A model generated the notes under the pieces. It was given only the letters and a program-made list of their open reading frames with translations, was not told the origin of the DNA and did not search any database. DNA of 6,497 nt from Candidatus Iainarchaeum sp. (lineage in GTDB: Archaea; Iainarchaeota; Iainarchaeia; Iainarchaeales; CSSED10-239). How positions within the stretch are numbered: position 1 is the stretch's first letter; each line of letters begins with the position of its first letter. Location of the stretch: contig JAQVTI010000024.1 in NCBI GenBank assembly GCA_028700115.1, positions 1 to 6,497 on the forward strand, read 5' to 3'. Made by a program: the position numbers and the translations under genes. Positions 6,206 through 6,497 of the stretch are shown here, piece after piece.

Positions 6206-6497
6206 ATGGAAGAAAACATTATTATTTCAAATCTTAATGATTTTATTTTTTGCCCAAGAAGTATATATTTTCATAATTTGTACTACTCTTTTGATGAAAA
6301 GACTTATCATTCAACAGATCAATTAAAAGGACAATTAGCACATAAAAAAATAGATTCCAAAAAGTATAACACAAAAAAAAACACATTAGAAGGAATAGAT
6401 ATATATAGTGAGGAGCTGGGCTTAGTTGGTAAAATAGATCTTTTAGAATTAGATACAAAAACCTTAATAGAAAGAAAAAATAAGATAAAAACTATTT
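6206..6497 (+). CDS. cas4: Cas4 (RecB/PD-(D/E)xK-type adaptation nuclease), N-terminal 97 codons; 3' end off-window
   Basis: This ORF was translated by hand because it has no stop in the window and is absent from the ORF track. The product is MEENIIISNLNDFIFCPRSIYFHNLYYSFDEKTYHSTDQLKGQLAHKKIDSKKYNTKKNTLEGIDIYSEELGLVGKIDLLELDTKTLIERKNKIKTI. It contains the N-terminal Cas4 Cys motif (F.FCPR), the G..H..D segment, and LGL.GKID(L/V).E followed by the E.K motif (IERK). These are typical of the Cas4 nuclease core. The three C-terminal Fe-S cysteines would lie beyond the window. The in-frame stop at 6164-6166 makes ATG 6206 the first possible start. Position after the effector gene(s) matches canonical V-A order (cas12a-cas4-cas1-cas2). 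Confidence 0.9.
   Translation, partial: MEENIIISNLNDFIFCPRSIYFHNLYYSFDEKTYHSTDQLKGQLAHKKIDSKKYNTKKNTLEGIDIYSEELGLVGKIDLLELDTKTLIERKNKIKTI

Noticed and set aside
6004-6219. 71-aa antisense ORF spanning the 3' end of the second effector and the spacer
   Set aside because: It overlaps the zinc-ribbon and RuvC-III coding region on the opposite strand and the start of cas4. It has no motif support and is most simply an AT-rich antisense artefact.
39-6442. About 13 copies of the AGATCT palindrome (BglII site; a subset of ~27 GATC sites), which seems high for such AT-rich DNA
   Set aside because: Nearly all are in-frame x-Asp-Leu (GAT CTT/CTA/CTG) or Arg-Ser (AGA TCT) codon pairs in Asp/Leu-rich proteins. 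Codon and dipeptide context explains them. I cannot compute a proper expectation here, and I see no positional pattern that would suggest regulatory or methylation-site function.
6243-6458. 71-aa antisense ORF at the right end
   Set aside because: The + strand here encodes a clear Cas4 N-terminus (FCPR, GKIDLLE and ERK motifs). The antisense product is a low-complexity hydrophobic artefact.
1-6497. Alternative genetic code (TGA read as Trp or Gly, as in Mollicutes or some candidate phyla), given the extreme AT-richness
   Set aside because: More than 2000 consecutive codons across the three genes contain no in-frame TGA, and every Trp in conserved motifs (for example GWDKNKE, HPEW, IYWEELF) is encoded by TGG. 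Standard code 11 explains everything, and there is no evidence of recoding.

Overview
This strongly AT-rich window holds three co-directional (+ strand) genes from one type V-A CRISPR-Cas operon. (1) The 3' ~2.7 kb of cas12a (cpf1). Its reading frame is open back to base 3, so the 5' end lies off-window and the TTG 'start' at 132 is an ORF-caller artefact. (2) A 1145-aa second Cas12-lineage nuclease that starts in a TAATG overlap with the cas12a stop. (3) After a 42-nt A-rich spacer, the 5' end of cas4, which runs off the right edge and is therefore missing from the ORF track. I see no CRISPR array, RNA gene, transposon end or terminator hairpin. The main result is the middle gene. It keeps Cas12a-like WED motifs and a complete RuvC triad (D730/E992/D1124). 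The Cas12a Nuc domain is replaced by a short CxxC...Cx5C zinc ribbon. About 170 extra residues sit between RuvC-I and RuvC-II, and the REC and PAM-interacting regions are unrelated or degenerate. That architecture, and the position next to an apparently fully functional cas12a, fit the Cas12a2 family, a companion effector that shares crRNAs with Cas12a and gives RNA-triggered collateral nuclease activity and abortive infection. All alignments were made by eye against remembered Cas12a sequence. The family assignment is therefore an inference that needs a search and a structure prediction.
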